Assembly (NCBI GenBank): GCA_964498685.1
Contig: CAZCGO010000004.1
Location: 8,496 to 72,495 of the forward strand
DNA length: 64,000 bases
DNA from: an uncultured Hyperthermus sp.
Lineage (GTDB): Archaea > Thermoproteota > Thermoprotei_A > Sulfolobales > Pyrodictiaceae
Direction: 5' to 3'
The translations under genes were made by a program, and so were the position numbers. The notes beneath the pieces were generated by a model. The model was given only the letters and a program-made list of their open reading frames with translations, was not told the origin of the DNA and did no database searches. This document shows positions 38,095 through 47,963 of this stretch, piece by piece. How positions within the stretch are numbered: position 1 is the stretch's first letter; each line of letters begins with the position of its first letter.

Positions 38095-39164
38095 CGCAGC
38101 TCCTCCAGCCCCTCGCCGCGCAGAGCTGAGACCGGTATAACCCCTCTCAAGGCGGGATACACGGATGACGCCATAGCCTCGACTAGGCGGAGCCTACGCT
38201 CCAGCTCTTCTCCATCCCCGACAAGGTCGGACTTGTTGGCAGCCACTAGTAGCGGTGTCCCCACCACGCCGAGCCTCCTCAGCACCTCCATGCCCTCGCC
38301 CAGCTTCTCGGCCAACGCGTCCTCTCTCTCGCTGATGTCGAGAACGTAGAGTAGGAGGTCCGCGGTCACAGCCTCCTCAAGAGTGGAGTAGAAGGCCTCA
38401 ATTATCTCCGGCGGTATGCGCGAAATGAAGCCAACCGTGTCGACGAGCGCTGCTTTTACGCCGCCCATGTCGACCGCGCGCACCTTTGGAGACACGGTGG
38501 TAAAGTACTCGTCCCCAGCGGGCTTGGACAGGCCGGTTATCTGGTTGAATATCGTGGTCTTGCCAGCACTGGCGTAGCCGACGATAGCCACGTGGGGCAG
38601 CCCTGCGCTCCTCCTCTTCATCCTCTCCTTCCTTCGCCGCTCCCTAAGCCTCTCCAGCTCCCTCCGGATACGTGCCATCCTAGAGACCATGTACTTATAG
38701 TACTTGTCTACAGCATAGCCGCCCGGCCCTAGGAAGCCCGGCAGCTCCCTCATCTTCGCCAAGCGCACCGCTTCACGTACAAGGGGTAGACGGTGGCGCA
38801 GCCTGGCAAGCTCTATCTGGTACTTAGCCTCCTTACTGCCGGCATGGAGCGCGAATATCTCCAGTATGAGGAGGGTCCGGTCGATGGCCTCCACGCGGGC
38901 CTCACGCACTATCCTGAAATACTCGCGCGGCCTCAGCTCGTCATACACTATTATTCTCGCGTTCTCGTCCCCGCGTAGCCTCTCGGCCTTAGCCGCGAGC
39001 TCCTCGAGCTTAGCCCTGCTCAGGAGGCGCGAAGAGCTAACCCTCCGGTACCACAGTGTGTCTACCACCTGGTAGCCGGCGGACTCGACCAGAGCACGGG
39101 CCTCGCCCAGCTCCCAGCCCGAGAGGCCCCTCGGGAGCAGCAGCAGCGCGCGCCGCTCAGGCAC
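38046..39164 (-). CDS. hflX: GTPase HflX
   Basis: HflX N-domain ([26 protein letters not shown]), G1 [17 protein letters not shown]3 VDTVGFI, G4 ANKSD. Confidence 0.9.
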   Translation of the reverse strand: MPERRALLLLPRGLSGWELGEARALVESAGYQVVDTLWYRRVSSSRLLSRAKLEELAAKAERLRGDENARIIVYDELRPREYFRIVREARVEAIDRTLLILEIFALHAGSKEAKYQIELARLRHRLPLVREAVRLAKMRELPGFLGPGGYAVDKYYKYMVSRMARIRRELERLRERRRKERMKRRSAGLPHVAIVGYASAGKTTIFNQITGLSKPAGDEYFTTVSPKVRAVDMGGVKAALVDTVGFISRIPPEIIEAFYSTLEEAVTADLLLYVLDISEREDALAEKLGEGMEVLRRLGVVGTPLLVAANKSDLVGDGEELERRLRLVEAMASSVYPALRGVIPVSALRGEGLEELRCRLATLLRGMERSTC

Positions 39165-39252
39165 CTTGCAGCCGTTCCCCCTGTCTCTCCAGAGGCCTAC
39201 ACGGCGGCTCCGAGACTTATTAATGCAAAAACATGGAGACCTGCCGCGCCGG

Positions 39253-39849
39253 CTAGTCTTCGCGCAGCTCCGCTATGTCCCCAAGGGTGAGCTGGAAGTC
39301 CTCGCTGCCTCCACTCTCCTCCTCGTATTCCTCGGCTACAGGCTCCAGGAGCTTAACGCCCAGCACGCGCTCAAGCCTCCTAGCCAGGTCGATGGGGGGC
39401 ACAAGTGTGCCCGCCTCTATCCTCTTTATCACCTTCTCCCCCACCTTCACCTTTATCGCCAGCTCTTTCTGCGTGAGGCCGAGCTTCTCTCTAGCTCTCC
39501 TAACCCTCTGCGCGTAGTCCTCCACTACCTCGTACTTCTCGACGCCGCCGAGGCCGCCGCTGCTCCGCCTAGGCTTTGGCCTGCTGCGTGCAGCCGGCTT
39601 AGGCCTGGCCCGGGCTACGGGTGTGGCCCGCCGCTGCTCCGCCTGGGGCTCGCGCCTCGTGCTTGGGCCGGCTACTCGTAGGCGAAGCGGCTCGTCCGTC
39701 CGAGCCTTGACGGCCCTGCTCATGTAGCGTCGGTAGCATCTCTCGCAGACAACCATTTCGACGCCTTCGACTACTATCGTGTAGGCGCGTCCCTCTATAG
39801 GTGCCCCGCACATCTCGCAGTACAGTACCTCGCGCCGCCTCGCAGGCAA
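39253..39849 (-). CDS. mbf1: archaeal multiprotein-bridging factor 1 (zinc ribbon + XRE HTH)
   Basis: N-terminal CEMCGAPI...VCERCY zinc ribbon. C-terminal HTH RRAREKLGLTQKELAIKVKVGEKVIKRIEAG. TTG start. Confidence 0.85.
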   Translation of the reverse strand: MPARRREVLYCEMCGAPIEGRAYTIVVEGVEMVVCERCYRRYMSRAVKARTDEPLRLRVAGPSTRREPQAEQRRATPVARARPKPAARSRPKPRRSSGGLGGVEKYEVVEDYAQRVRRAREKLGLTQKELAIKVKVGEKVIKRIEAGTLVPPIDLARRLERVLGVKLLEPVAEEYEEESGGSEDFQLTLGDIAELRED

Positions 39850-39977
39850 GGGCTGGTTACCTCCACGTGGCTGGGGCAGCCCGGGCCCCAGGTAGTGTTC
39901 CGGTAGTTATTGTGGCGTAAACCATTATTTAGGCTTCACATGGCTTCACGGAAGTATGGTAGTGGTGACTCAAGAGT

Positions 39978-41186
39978 ATGCAGAGAGGTACAAGTAGAGA
40001 TGACGGGGACGCTCTAAGGGACTACATCTACCACCTGGAGAAGCGGATACGGGAGCTCGAGGCCGAGAGGGCCGAGCTGCGCCGCGAGCTACGCCGCTAC
40101 AGGCTAGAGGTGGATAAGCTACTCAGCCCGCCCCTAATAGAGGCCATGGTGCTGTCCGTCCTCCCGGATGGCCGCGTGGTCGTGAAGAGTAGTACTGGCC
40201 CCAACCTGGTGGTCAGCGTCTCAGCCAACGTTGACGCCTCGAAGCTAGTGCCCGGCGCCTATGTGGCTCTCAACCAGCGCGGCTCGATGATAGTGGAGGT
40301 TCTCCCGGAGAGAGAGGACCCCTACGTGAAAGCCATGGAGGTTATAGAGAGGCCCCGTATCGGCTTCGAGGATATCGGCGGCTTGGAGGTGCAGAAGAGG
40401 GAGCTCTACGAGGCAGTCATACTCCCCCTGACGAAGCCGGAGCTGTTCCGCGAGATAGGCATAGAGCCGCCGAAGGGCGTGCTCCTCTACGGCCCGCCGG
40501 GGTGCGGTAAAACGCTGCTGGCAAAAGCGGTGGCTGCGATGAGTAATGCGGCCTTCATACGTGTAGTGGGCTCCGAGTTCGTGCACAAGTATGTAGGTGA
40601 GGGGGCGAGGATCGTACGCGAGGTGTTTAAACTAGCGAGACGCAAGGCTCCCGCAATAGTGTTCATAGATGAGATAGACGCGATAGCCGCGAAGAGGATA
40701 GATGTTGGCACCAGCGGTGAGCGGGAAGTACAGCGCACACTCATGCAGCTGCTCGCAGAGCTGGACGGCTTCGATCCGCTTGGCGATGTAAAAGTGATAG
40801 CAGCCACTAACCGTATAGATATCCTCGACCCGGCCCTCCTGAGGCCGGGCAGGTTCGACAGGCTCATCTACGTGCCGCCGCCCGACGAGAAGGGCCGCTA
40901 CGAGATATTCAGGATACACACGCGGCGCATGAAGCTAGCTGACGACGTAGACCTCTGGCAGCTGGCTAAGCTGACAGAGGGCGCTACCGGCGCCGACATA
41001 AAGGCGATAGTTATGGAGGCCGGGTATAACGCCATACGCCGCGGGGCAAGGGTCGTAGAGCTGAAGGACTTCATGGCTGCGATAGACAAGGTGCTGAGGA
41101 AGAGGAAACGCTACCAGTACGAGACGCAGGATTACATAGAGAGCAGCATAGTACACAGCAGCGAGCAGAACGTGATGCACATCTAG
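39978..41186 (+). CDS. pan: proteasome-activating nucleotidase (AAA+ ATPase)
   Basis: N-terminal coiled coil, OB region, Walker [16 protein letters not shown], Walker [34 protein letters not shown]. Confidence 0.9.
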   Translation: MQRGTSRDDGDALRDYIYHLEKRIRELEAERAELRRELRRYRLEVDKLLSPPLIEAMVLSVLPDGRVVVKSSTGPNLVVSVSANVDASKLVPGAYVALNQRGSMIVEVLPEREDPYVKAMEVIERPRIGFEDIGGLEVQKRELYEAVILPLTKPELFREIGIEPPKGVLLYGPPGCGKTLLAKAVAAMSNAAFIRVVGSEFVHKYVGEGARIVREVFKLARRKAPAIVFIDEIDAIAAKRIDVGTSGEREVQRTLMQLLAELDGFDPLGDVKVIAATNRIDILDPALLRPGRFDRLIYVPPPDEKGRYEIFRIHTRRMKLADDVDLWQLAKLTEGATGADIKAIVMEAGYNAIRRGARVVELKDFMAAIDKVLRKRKRYQYETQDYIESSIVHSSEQNVMHI

Positions 41187-41917
41187 CCGCTTTTAGCGGA
41201 ACGCAGCGGCCCCCGCTCTCGGCGGGTACCAGCCTCCCCGGCCCCGAGTGCGCGGTGGACCCGGCGGTACCTCCTCCACACGCTGCCCATCCGCTGCACC
41301 ATTGCGGCCCACTCATTCGGCGAAGCCTCCCTGTACATTATCTCGACCCTGCCGTCGCGTCCCACCCTATACCCTGTCTTGATGTAGCGCCTGCCGTTTC
41401 TCGACGCAAACACGGTGCAGTAAGTCAGCATGCATACTATGGGCTTGCCCGCCTTGCCGAGCATCTCTTCAAGCATGCAGCCGCCCTTCTCCACGTCGAA
41501 GAAAATGCAGCGCCCCATAGGCTCCGTGTCTAGGCGGTACACGGTGACACGGCCGCCCGGTGTACGTAGCCTCTCACGGGGCTGCGCCTCGACCCGGCGC
41601 CTAAGCTCCGGGGGAAGCATGCGGGCCTCAACGTCCAGCATGAAGGCCCCGCTGTGTATAACGCAGCAGCGGTTGCATCCCCGGGGGCACTCCATCCGGT
41701 AGGCGTCGCTGAGGACACTCTCCCCCATCTCTTCGAAGACGAGCCTGTTCACATGCGTGCCCGGGGAAGGCTTGAACACCGCGAGCAGCCTCTTAAGCCG
41801 GGGACTATAGTATACGCCTATGAACCACCGCTTAAGCCTGGCAGCCTCGCGCAGCGCGTAGATATTCCACCCGCGGTCTCCTCTCCTCGGCTCCTTCAGA
41901 ACCCATACCTTGCCCAT
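41183..41917 (-). CDS. YkgJ/UPF0153-like cysteine-cluster protein
   Basis: CPRGCNRCC plus [16 protein letters not shown]...PIVCMLTYC. 244 aa. Confidence 0.55.
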   Translation of the reverse strand: MGKVWVLKEPRRGDRGWNIYALREAARLKRWFIGVYYSPRLKRLLAVFKPSPGTHVNRLVFEEMGESVLSDAYRMECPRGCNRCCVIHSGAFMLDVEARMLPPELRRRVEAQPRERLRTPGGRVTVYRLDTEPMGRCIFFDVEKGGCMLEEMLGKAGKPIVCMLTYCTVFASRNGRRYIKTGYRVGRDGRVEIMYREASPNEWAAMVQRMGSVWRRYRRVHRALGAGEAGTRRERGPLRSAKSG

Positions 41918-42025
41918 GGCGGCGCACCACTGCTCGAAGCCCGTGCTGCAGCCGCGTGCCCCATGGAGTGGAAGAAAGCCGCCGCAACACAGTGAGACCA
42001 GGCCGAAGCCGCCATGGTATTATAG

Positions 42026-42532
42026 CTAGCGGCTGGCGCTCCTCCTGGCTTCCTCAAGTGCCTCCCTTACTTCGCCGCAGAGCCTGCGGCGCTCCACCGG
42101 CGGCAGCCGTCTCAGCGTCGCGTTGAGGCTGCTCCACCGGCTCCACTCGCCATGCCTCCTAAGCCCCCCGGTGAAGCCTCGAGGTATGTGCAGTAGCTCG
42201 TGCAGCAGGACCGCCAGCAGCCTATCGCAGCTCTCGCCAACGAGGTTCTCGTACACAAGCTCGATAACGTATGTCGGCTCGCATACGCCGAGCTTCACGA
42301 AGGGGCCGGGCGTGCCCCAGATTCTCGCATAGGCCCTTGTCCTGGCGTTGAAGCTGACACTGCAGAAGACCCTATCGACACGCACGTGGCTTAGGTCGAG
42401 CAGCTCGGCCATTCTAGCCACTACTGCTTCGAGCCTCTGAGAGCGGATGTAGCGTATCCTGGCCACACTAGCCTCCACCACCAGCCGGCCAGGGCGCGGC
42501 AAACACCTGTACAGGGTAATGCTGGAGACCAT
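42026..42532 (-). CDS. predicted zinc metalloprotein/metallopeptidase (HExxH)
   Basis: 168 aa. LLAVLLHELLHIPRGFTGGLRRHGEW gives HExxH plus a downstream His. Starts 13 nt after the PhoH-like gene. Confidence 0.6.
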   Translation of the reverse strand: MVSSITLYRCLPRPGRLVVEASVARIRYIRSQRLEAVVARMAELLDLSHVRVDRVFCSVSFNARTRAYARIWGTPGPFVKLGVCEPTYVIELVYENLVGESCDRLLAVLLHELLHIPRGFTGGLRRHGEWSRWSSLNATLRRLPPVERRRLCGEVREALEEARRSASR

Positions 42533-42545
42533 GAAAGGGAGGGGG

Positions 42546-43706
42546 CTAGCGCCTCTTTCTCCTCTTCTTGCGCTGCTCCTCCTCTGCGGCCTCGTATGCT
42601 TTCACGCCTACTCCTAGGAGCTTCCGGAAGACTGCGTCGAGGAACTTTATGTGGAAGCCGCGCTGCCCGACGAACGCGCCGAACTCGCTGCTGCGCACCC
42701 TCACCGCCAGGAACGGGCCCTCGAAGTCAACGTCTATTACGTGTTTGTATATCCAGCTTACCGGGTGTATCGCGCGTATGATGTTAGTGAAGTCTAGTGT
42801 GAGCTCTACTGCGCGTAGCCTCAGCTCCGTGTCCTCCTCTATCTTCTGTATCCGCTCGCCGCCCCTGCCGACTAGCCGGCCAAGGTAGCCCTCCTTGACA
42901 AGCAGCAGCGCGTCGGGGACGTGGTCGGCCGTTATGCCGAACTGCTTCTTGGCGTCTATGAACTCGACCGCTGTTATGACATCGGCGTCCGGCGCGTATA
43001 TGCGTGCCGCCTCGATTATCTTCTTCTCTATGTCGTTAAGTGGCCGGTTCCTCATCCGGAGCTCTATTAGCAGGCGTATGCCCCTCCTGGCGCCGGGCCT
43101 CACGATGTCCTTAAGCCCCAGGTCCACCACCTTGGCTTTTTCCTCGCCGAGTAGAACCTCCCTCATAACGGTCGCGCCGTCGCGCTCCATGCCGTGCGGC
43201 TTCTGGAAGACCGGGTCGCCAGCTATGACGAACTTGCTGTTCCTGCCTATCCTCATTAGTATCTCTATGCTGCTCTCCGGTGGTATGTTCTGCGCGTCGT
43301 CAAGAAAGATTATCGAATCGTCAAAAGTGCGGCCACGCAGGTAATGCGTGTCGGCGAACACTATGCGCCCCTCCTCTATGAGGCGCCTCACCCGGCTCCA
43401 CTCCACGAATCCCGAGAGTATGTCCTTGAGGTAGGCGGATGCGAGTTCATAGTACTGCTCGCCTAGCTCGCGGGCAGTAAGCTCCTTGCCGGTGACGACA
43501 TCCACTACAGGCCTTGACACTATGAGGCGCCTATACTTGCCGGAGATGACGGCATCTATACCGTAGAGCACGGTGAAGAGGCTTTTCCCGCTGCCGGTGG
43601 GCCCAAAGAGCCCAACTATCTCGTAGTCGCTGCTCGTGAGCGCCTCGAGCATCTCCTCCTGGCCCGGGCTCATGGGCTTCAGCTGCTCCAGCACCCCCTG
43701 GGCCAC
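42546..43706 (-). CDS. PhoH-like ATPase fused to a C-terminal KH domain
   Basis: LKPMSPGQ..., Walker A GLFGPTGSGKSLF, Walker B IIFLDDAQN, KH GxxG LVGRGGERIQKIEE. Start uncertain: GTG 43706, GTG 43694 or ATG 43673 are possible, and the longest ORF reaches 43802. Confidence 0.8.
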   Translation of the reverse strand: MAQGVLEQLKPMSPGQEEMLEALTSSDYEIVGLFGPTGSGKSLFTVLYGIDAVISGKYRRLIVSRPVVDVVTGKELTARELGEQYYELASAYLKDILSGFVEWSRVRRLIEEGRIVFADTHYLRGRTFDDSIIFLDDAQNIPPESSIEILMRIGRNSKFVIAGDPVFQKPHGMERDGATVMREVLLGEEKAKVVDLGLKDIVRPGARRGIRLLIELRMRNRPLNDIEKKIIEAARIYAPDADVITAVEFIDAKKQFGITADHVPDALLLVKEGYLGRLVGRGGERIQKIEEDTELRLRAVELTLDFTNIIRAIHPVSWIYKHVIDVDFEGPFLAVRVRSSEFGAFVGQRGFHIKFLDAVFRKLLGVGVKAYEAAEEEQRKKRRKRR

Positions 43707-43851
43707 GCAGCCACACCCCCTCTGCGCAGCAGCTATTCTCCCCGATACGCGGCCCTCCGAGAACCACCGGCACCGGCGCCGGTTAGGCCCTAGGCCTACC
43801 AAGGCCCCTTTATCAACCCTCTCGTTGCCCGTGGGTCTGCCGGTGGGAGAG

Positions 43852-44484
43852 ATGACGGAGCGGTGGGAGGAGAGAAAGCTACAGGCTTGGAACAGGATGT
43901 GGGAGGATCTCCATATAGGCTACCTGGACGAGGACATACTGGACGTGCTGGTGGAGATCTTTCTCCGGCCAGGCCTCTACCCTAAGAGCAGCTGCTCCGG
44001 CCGCATAACGGTGATAGACAGCGAGTATCCATGGGCGAAAGAGGACACAATGACAATATTCAAGAAGCATGCGCCGGTCACGGTCGAGGAGGTTGACGCG
44101 GTGGCCAGGAAGCCTTTCGCCCATCGCCTCTGGCTCAGCGCGCAGGGGCCAATATACCACGTCTACGCCCAGGACGTGGACGCGGCCTCGGAGCTGCTCG
44201 CAGCCGCCAGGGAGGCTGGGTTCAAGCACAGCGGCGTAATGGTTCTAGGCTCAATGCCCCTCGTGGAGCTGCGCACCGGAATACGGGGCGACCTGCTCCT
44301 AGCCACGAGGCGGCACAGGATACTCGACGGCGATGCCCTACGAGAGGCCGTCGCAGTGGTGAACGATATACTCGCCCAGGCTAAGGAGCGCAACCGCCGC
44401 CTCCTGGCGGCGTTGAGGCGGAGGAGGCCGCCACGCCTCTGGGGGCCTGCTGTCGAGAAGGCGAGGGAGCTGGGCATTCTCTAG
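43852..44484 (+). CDS. taw3: tRNA wyosine-derivative methyltransferase Taw3/TYW3
   Basis: TYW3 signature KSSCSGRI, and FKHSGVMV further on. Trimmed to ATG 43852 (MTERWEE...); the longest ORF starts at 43636 in low-complexity sequence. Confidence 0.8.
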   Translation: MTERWEERKLQAWNRMWEDLHIGYLDEDILDVLVEIFLRPGLYPKSSCSGRITVIDSEYPWAKEDTMTIFKKHAPVTVEEVDAVARKPFAHRLWLSAQGPIYHVYAQDVDAASELLAAAREAGFKHSGVMVLGSMPLVELRTGIRGDLLLATRRHRILDGDALREAVAVVNDILAQAKERNRRLLAALRRRRPPRLWGPAVEKARELGIL

Positions 44485-44554
44485 CCCCGGCGCGCCGCTC
44501 TGGCCTCGTGGAAACAGCTCACTTAAACCTCCCGCCATGGTAGCCGGGTGCTAG

Positions 44555-45010
44555 ATGGAGAGGCGTGTGGCTATGAGCCAGCCCGAGGAGCTGAAAATAT
44601 CCGATGTCATGACCACTAGTGTGGTGACCTCCCGCCCCGACGAGACAGTGGTGGACGCGGCGCGCAAAATGGCGGAGAACCGGATAGGCTGCGTGGTGGT
44701 CGTTGACGAGAAGAACACGATACTGGGCATCGTAACTGAAGGGGATATTGTTAGACGCGTAGTGGCAAGGGGCTTAGACCCCGCATCTACGGTTGTCGAG
44801 ACGATAATGACGAGGAACCCGGTTACAGTATACGAGGACGCAAGCCTGGCAGCGGCGGCAGAGATTATGAGGGAGAAGGGCATAGGCCACCTGCCGGTGG
44901 TTAACGAGAAAGGCCGCCTAGTGGGCATCATAACCAGGAGCGATATAGTTAGGATAGCGCCGAGCCTCATAGAGGTGCTCTACCTGCGCGGCGGCGGGGA
45001 GGCCGAGTAG
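44555..45010 (+). CDS. CBS-domain pair protein (151 aa)
   Basis: Two CBS motifs: ISDVMTTSVVTSRPDETVVDAARKMAENRIGCVVVVD...GIVTEGDIV, and IMTRNPVTVYEDASLAAAAEIMREKGIGHLPVVN...GIITRSDIV. Confidence 0.85.
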   Translation: MERRVAMSQPEELKISDVMTTSVVTSRPDETVVDAARKMAENRIGCVVVVDEKNTILGIVTEGDIVRRVVARGLDPASTVVETIMTRNPVTVYEDASLAAAAEIMREKGIGHLPVVNEKGRLVGIITRSDIVRIAPSLIEVLYLRGGGEAE

Positions 45011-45159
45011 GCACGCAGGGAGGATAACCCAAATCAACAACCACGCGCAATTGTTAACAAACCGGTGGGAGCCTGCCCGTCTCCTCGCTCACGGACCTAC
45101 CTCTCCTGCACTACCCGCCGGTAACACCCGACGAGCCTGCCGCGAAGATACGGAGGCTC

Positions 45160-45870
45160 ATGGTCGACGAGCACCTCCGCGTGGTCCCCGTGGTTCGCGA
45201 CGAGAAGAGCCTGCGCCTCGCCGGCCTCGTGTGGCGCCGCACACTCCTCTCCGTAACCTCAGCCAAGGCGGGCCTCACGGCCGCGCAGCTGCTAGAGGAG
45301 CCTCCCCTGAGCCTCCACGCCCACACGGCGCCCAGGGCCGCAGCCCGGTCAATGCTGGGCGTGGATGCCTGGTACGCCCCCCTCCTAGGCGATGCCGAGG
45401 AATACGTAGCAATGGTGGGGCTGGAGTCGTTCATCCAGTACCTTGTCGAGGCCTCACACCCCGTCCTCGAGGAGCCAGTGCTGCACCATATGAGTAGGGA
45501 GGTTATCCACGTAGACCCCGAGGCGCCCGTCTACCGTGTCTGGCAGCTGATGCTCTCCCGCGGGCTCGCTGCGCTGCCAGTTGTAGAGAAGAGGGGCAAG
45601 CTCGTCGGGGTCGTTGCTGAGCACGATCTCCTCTCCCATGGCTTCACTAGGCCGGTGCTGGAGGCCGAGGCCGGCCCGCGCCGTGGCCCCCGCGTCCGCG
45701 AGGTCATGACGACTCCCCCTGTCGTGGTGGCCGAGAACGCGCCACTGGGCGAGGCGGCGGTGGCGATGCTGAGACGCGACATAGGCAGGGTCTACGTGGT
45801 TGATGCTGGGGGTAGGCTGCGTGGCGTTGTTGACCGCAGCGATATCGTCTCCGCGTGGCTGGGAGAGTAG
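45160..45870 (+). CDS. CBS-domain protein (236 aa from first ATG; N-terminus questionable)
   Basis: CBS motifs such as HMSREVIHVDPEAPVYRVWQLMLSRGLAALPVVE...GVVAEHDLL and VMTTPPVVVAENAPLGEAAVAMLRRDIGRVYVVD...GVVDRSDIV. CBS-like sequence continues in frame upstream of the ATG (see findings). Confidence 0.75.
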   Translation: MVDEHLRVVPVVRDEKSLRLAGLVWRRTLLSVTSAKAGLTAAQLLEEPPLSLHAHTAPRAAARSMLGVDAWYAPLLGDAEEYVAMVGLESFIQYLVEASHPVLEEPVLHHMSREVIHVDPEAPVYRVWQLMLSRGLAALPVVEKRGKLVGVVAEHDLLSHGFTRPVLEAEAGPRRGPRVREVMTTPPVVVAENAPLGEAAVAMLRRDIGRVYVVDAGGRLRGVVDRSDIVSAWLGE

Positions 45871-45954
45871 AGGCATAAATGCCCCGGCCATGCGTATGTT
45901 GGTAACGTGGGAAGAGAGGAGAACTAAATCACCGCATGGCGACCAATTCCGGAG

Positions 45955-46917
45955 GTGGTGTTGGTGCGTAGAGGCGTCGTTGCGCCGCCCCGCAGGCCTG
46001 AAGGGATAAGATGGCTCCGCAGCGACGGGACACCGAACTTCAGCGACCGCGTCCACAAGCACCCAGGTGACGCGAAGATAATAGCCAGGCGCCCAGTATA
46101 CACGACAACCAAGACCGCAACAATCCTCATGGCTGCTGAGGAGATGACGCGGCGCGGTGTGAGAGCACTACCAGTCGTGGTGCCCAACAGTGAGAAGCTT
46201 GAAGGCATGCTGACCACTATGGACCTGGTGAACTACCTCGGCGGAGGCGAGCTATACAACATAGTGAAGAACCGCCACGGCGGTAACATATACTCGGCTC
46301 TGCTCAAGGAACATGTCGAGTCAATAATGAACCCCAATCCCGTCTACGTGACGATCTACGACAAGCTGCCTAAAATACTCGAAACAATGGTGCTGAGAAA
46401 CGTTGGAGTCATACCGGTCGTCATGGATGACGGCAGCATATGGGGCATCATAACCGAGCATGATCTTGTAAGGGAGCTTGTAGAGAAAAAGGTTGGCGTC
46501 AAGGTGGCCGAGGTGATGACGAAAGAAGTTATAACTATAGGTTCCTCGTCCTCGATAAAGGAGGCTGCAGAGAGGATGGTCAAGTACGGTATAAGGAGGC
46601 TCCCAGTCGTAGAGGATGACGGCAGCATATGGGGCATTGTTACGGCTAAGGACATAGTGCGCTTCTTCGGCAGCCATGACGTGTTCCGGTACATAGAGGG
46701 AGCCTCCATGGAGGAGGCGCTGCGTGCCCCAGTGAAGCTAGTGGCAGCCCCCGGCTACTACACTATAAGCCCCGAGGCCGATGTAGGCGACGCGGCAACA
46801 CTGATGGCCGAAAAGGGCACCAGCAGCCTACTGGTCGTAGAGGACGGCCAGCTCCGCGGCATAATAACCGAGAGAGACGTGCTCTTCGCGGTGGCCGCTA
46901 GCCGCGAGAAACACTAG
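45955..46917 (+). CDS. CBS-domain protein (four CBS motifs, 320 aa)
   Basis: Repeated hhhh-P-V-V-x-D/E...G-I-h-T-x-x-D-h-V pattern, for example VRALPVVV...GMLTTMDLV, VGVIPVVMDDGSIWGIITEHDLV, IRRLPVVEDDGSIWGIVTAKDIV, TSSLLVVEDGQLRGIITERDVL. Several adjacent GTG/TTG starts. Confidence 0.85.
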   Translation: MVLVRRGVVAPPRRPEGIRWLRSDGTPNFSDRVHKHPGDAKIIARRPVYTTTKTATILMAAEEMTRRGVRALPVVVPNSEKLEGMLTTMDLVNYLGGGELYNIVKNRHGGNIYSALLKEHVESIMNPNPVYVTIYDKLPKILETMVLRNVGVIPVVMDDGSIWGIITEHDLVRELVEKKVGVKVAEVMTKEVITIGSSSSIKEAAERMVKYGIRRLPVVEDDGSIWGIVTAKDIVRFFGSHDVFRYIEGASMEEALRAPVKLVAAPGYYTISPEADVGDAATLMAEKGTSSLLVVEDGQLRGIITERDVLFAVAASREKH

Positions 46918-47007
46918 CCCCCGCGTCGCAGGCCTCACGAGACTCTTTGCCTCATTGTTTTTGCTATAGTTGTCTAGGACTAGGCACGTCCTAGCCTCCG
47001 TGCCCGT

Positions 47008-47877
47008 GTGGAGGTCAACTCAGGCATGAAGACGTATCCCCGCGTAGAGGAGTTCATGTCCTCGCCCGTGGTCGTAGCCCGTCCGGGCGACAACCTGGCA
47101 CACGTGCGCCGCCTCATGCTGCGCCACCGTGTCGGCAGGATAGTGGTGGTCAACGACGCGTTGAAGCCCGTGGGTATAGTTACCCGCAGCGACTTCATCA
47201 AGCTGGCCGGGGGCCCCCTCGCCCGCCGCAGCCTTGACAGCGTGCCTGTCGAGGAAATAATGACGCCCAACCCCGTGGTGATAGAGTACAACCGCTCTCT
47301 CCGAGACGCAGCGAAGCTTATGCTGCAGCACCAGGTCAGCAGCCTGCCCGTGGTGGACGACGAAGGGATACTCGTAGGCGTAATAACTAAGACCGACGTG
47401 GTGCGGGCCTATGCTGAGCGCCTCCGCGGCAGGTACCGTGCCGGCGACTACATGTACCGCGACTTCCCCACGGCTTCCCCCGCCCACAGCGTCGCCTACG
47501 TGGTCGAGCTTCTGGAGCAGCACCCTACGCGCCGCGTCCTAGTGGTTGACGGCGACAAGCTCGTCGGCATAGTAGCGCCCAGCGACATAGCGTTCACGGC
47601 GCTGGACACCTCCCCGGCGCCAGGCAAGGAGAAGTACGTCCGCAGGTTCGCCCTGCTCCCCAAGGGGCGGCTCGGCCCCGTCTACGACTACGTTATGACA
47701 ACGGCAGCCGACGTGATGACCCCGGACCCCGTGACCGGCGGGGTAGGCGACGACCTGGCAGCAATAGCCCAGGCCATGATACGTGGCGGGTTCAGCTCTG
47801 TGCCGATCGTCGAGAACGGGCGACCCGTGGGCCTGGTTGTCAAGCATAACATACTTGAGGCGATAGTTGGCCGGTAG
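47008..47877 (+). CDS. CBS-domain protein (four CBS motifs, 289 aa)
   Basis: VGRIVVVND..GIVTRSDFI, VSSLPVVDDEGILVGVITKTDVV, TRRVLVVDGDKLVGIVAPSDIA, FSSVPIVENGRPVGLVVKHNIL. Confidence 0.85.
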   Translation: MEVNSGMKTYPRVEEFMSSPVVVARPGDNLAHVRRLMLRHRVGRIVVVNDALKPVGIVTRSDFIKLAGGPLARRSLDSVPVEEIMTPNPVVIEYNRSLRDAAKLMLQHQVSSLPVVDDEGILVGVITKTDVVRAYAERLRGRYRAGDYMYRDFPTASPAHSVAYVVELLEQHPTRRVLVVDGDKLVGIVAPSDIAFTALDTSPAPGKEKYVRRFALLPKGRLGPVYDYVMTTAADVMTPDPVTGGVGDDLAAIAQAMIRGGFSSVPIVENGRPVGLVVKHNILEAIVGR

Positions 47878-47963
47878 CGCTCTGGCCGTTTGTCTCAGGG
47901 TTTTATCCCTCACCCCGCTAGCGGGGGTACAAGCATGCGTGGAGGAGCGTAGTTGGAGCCCAG

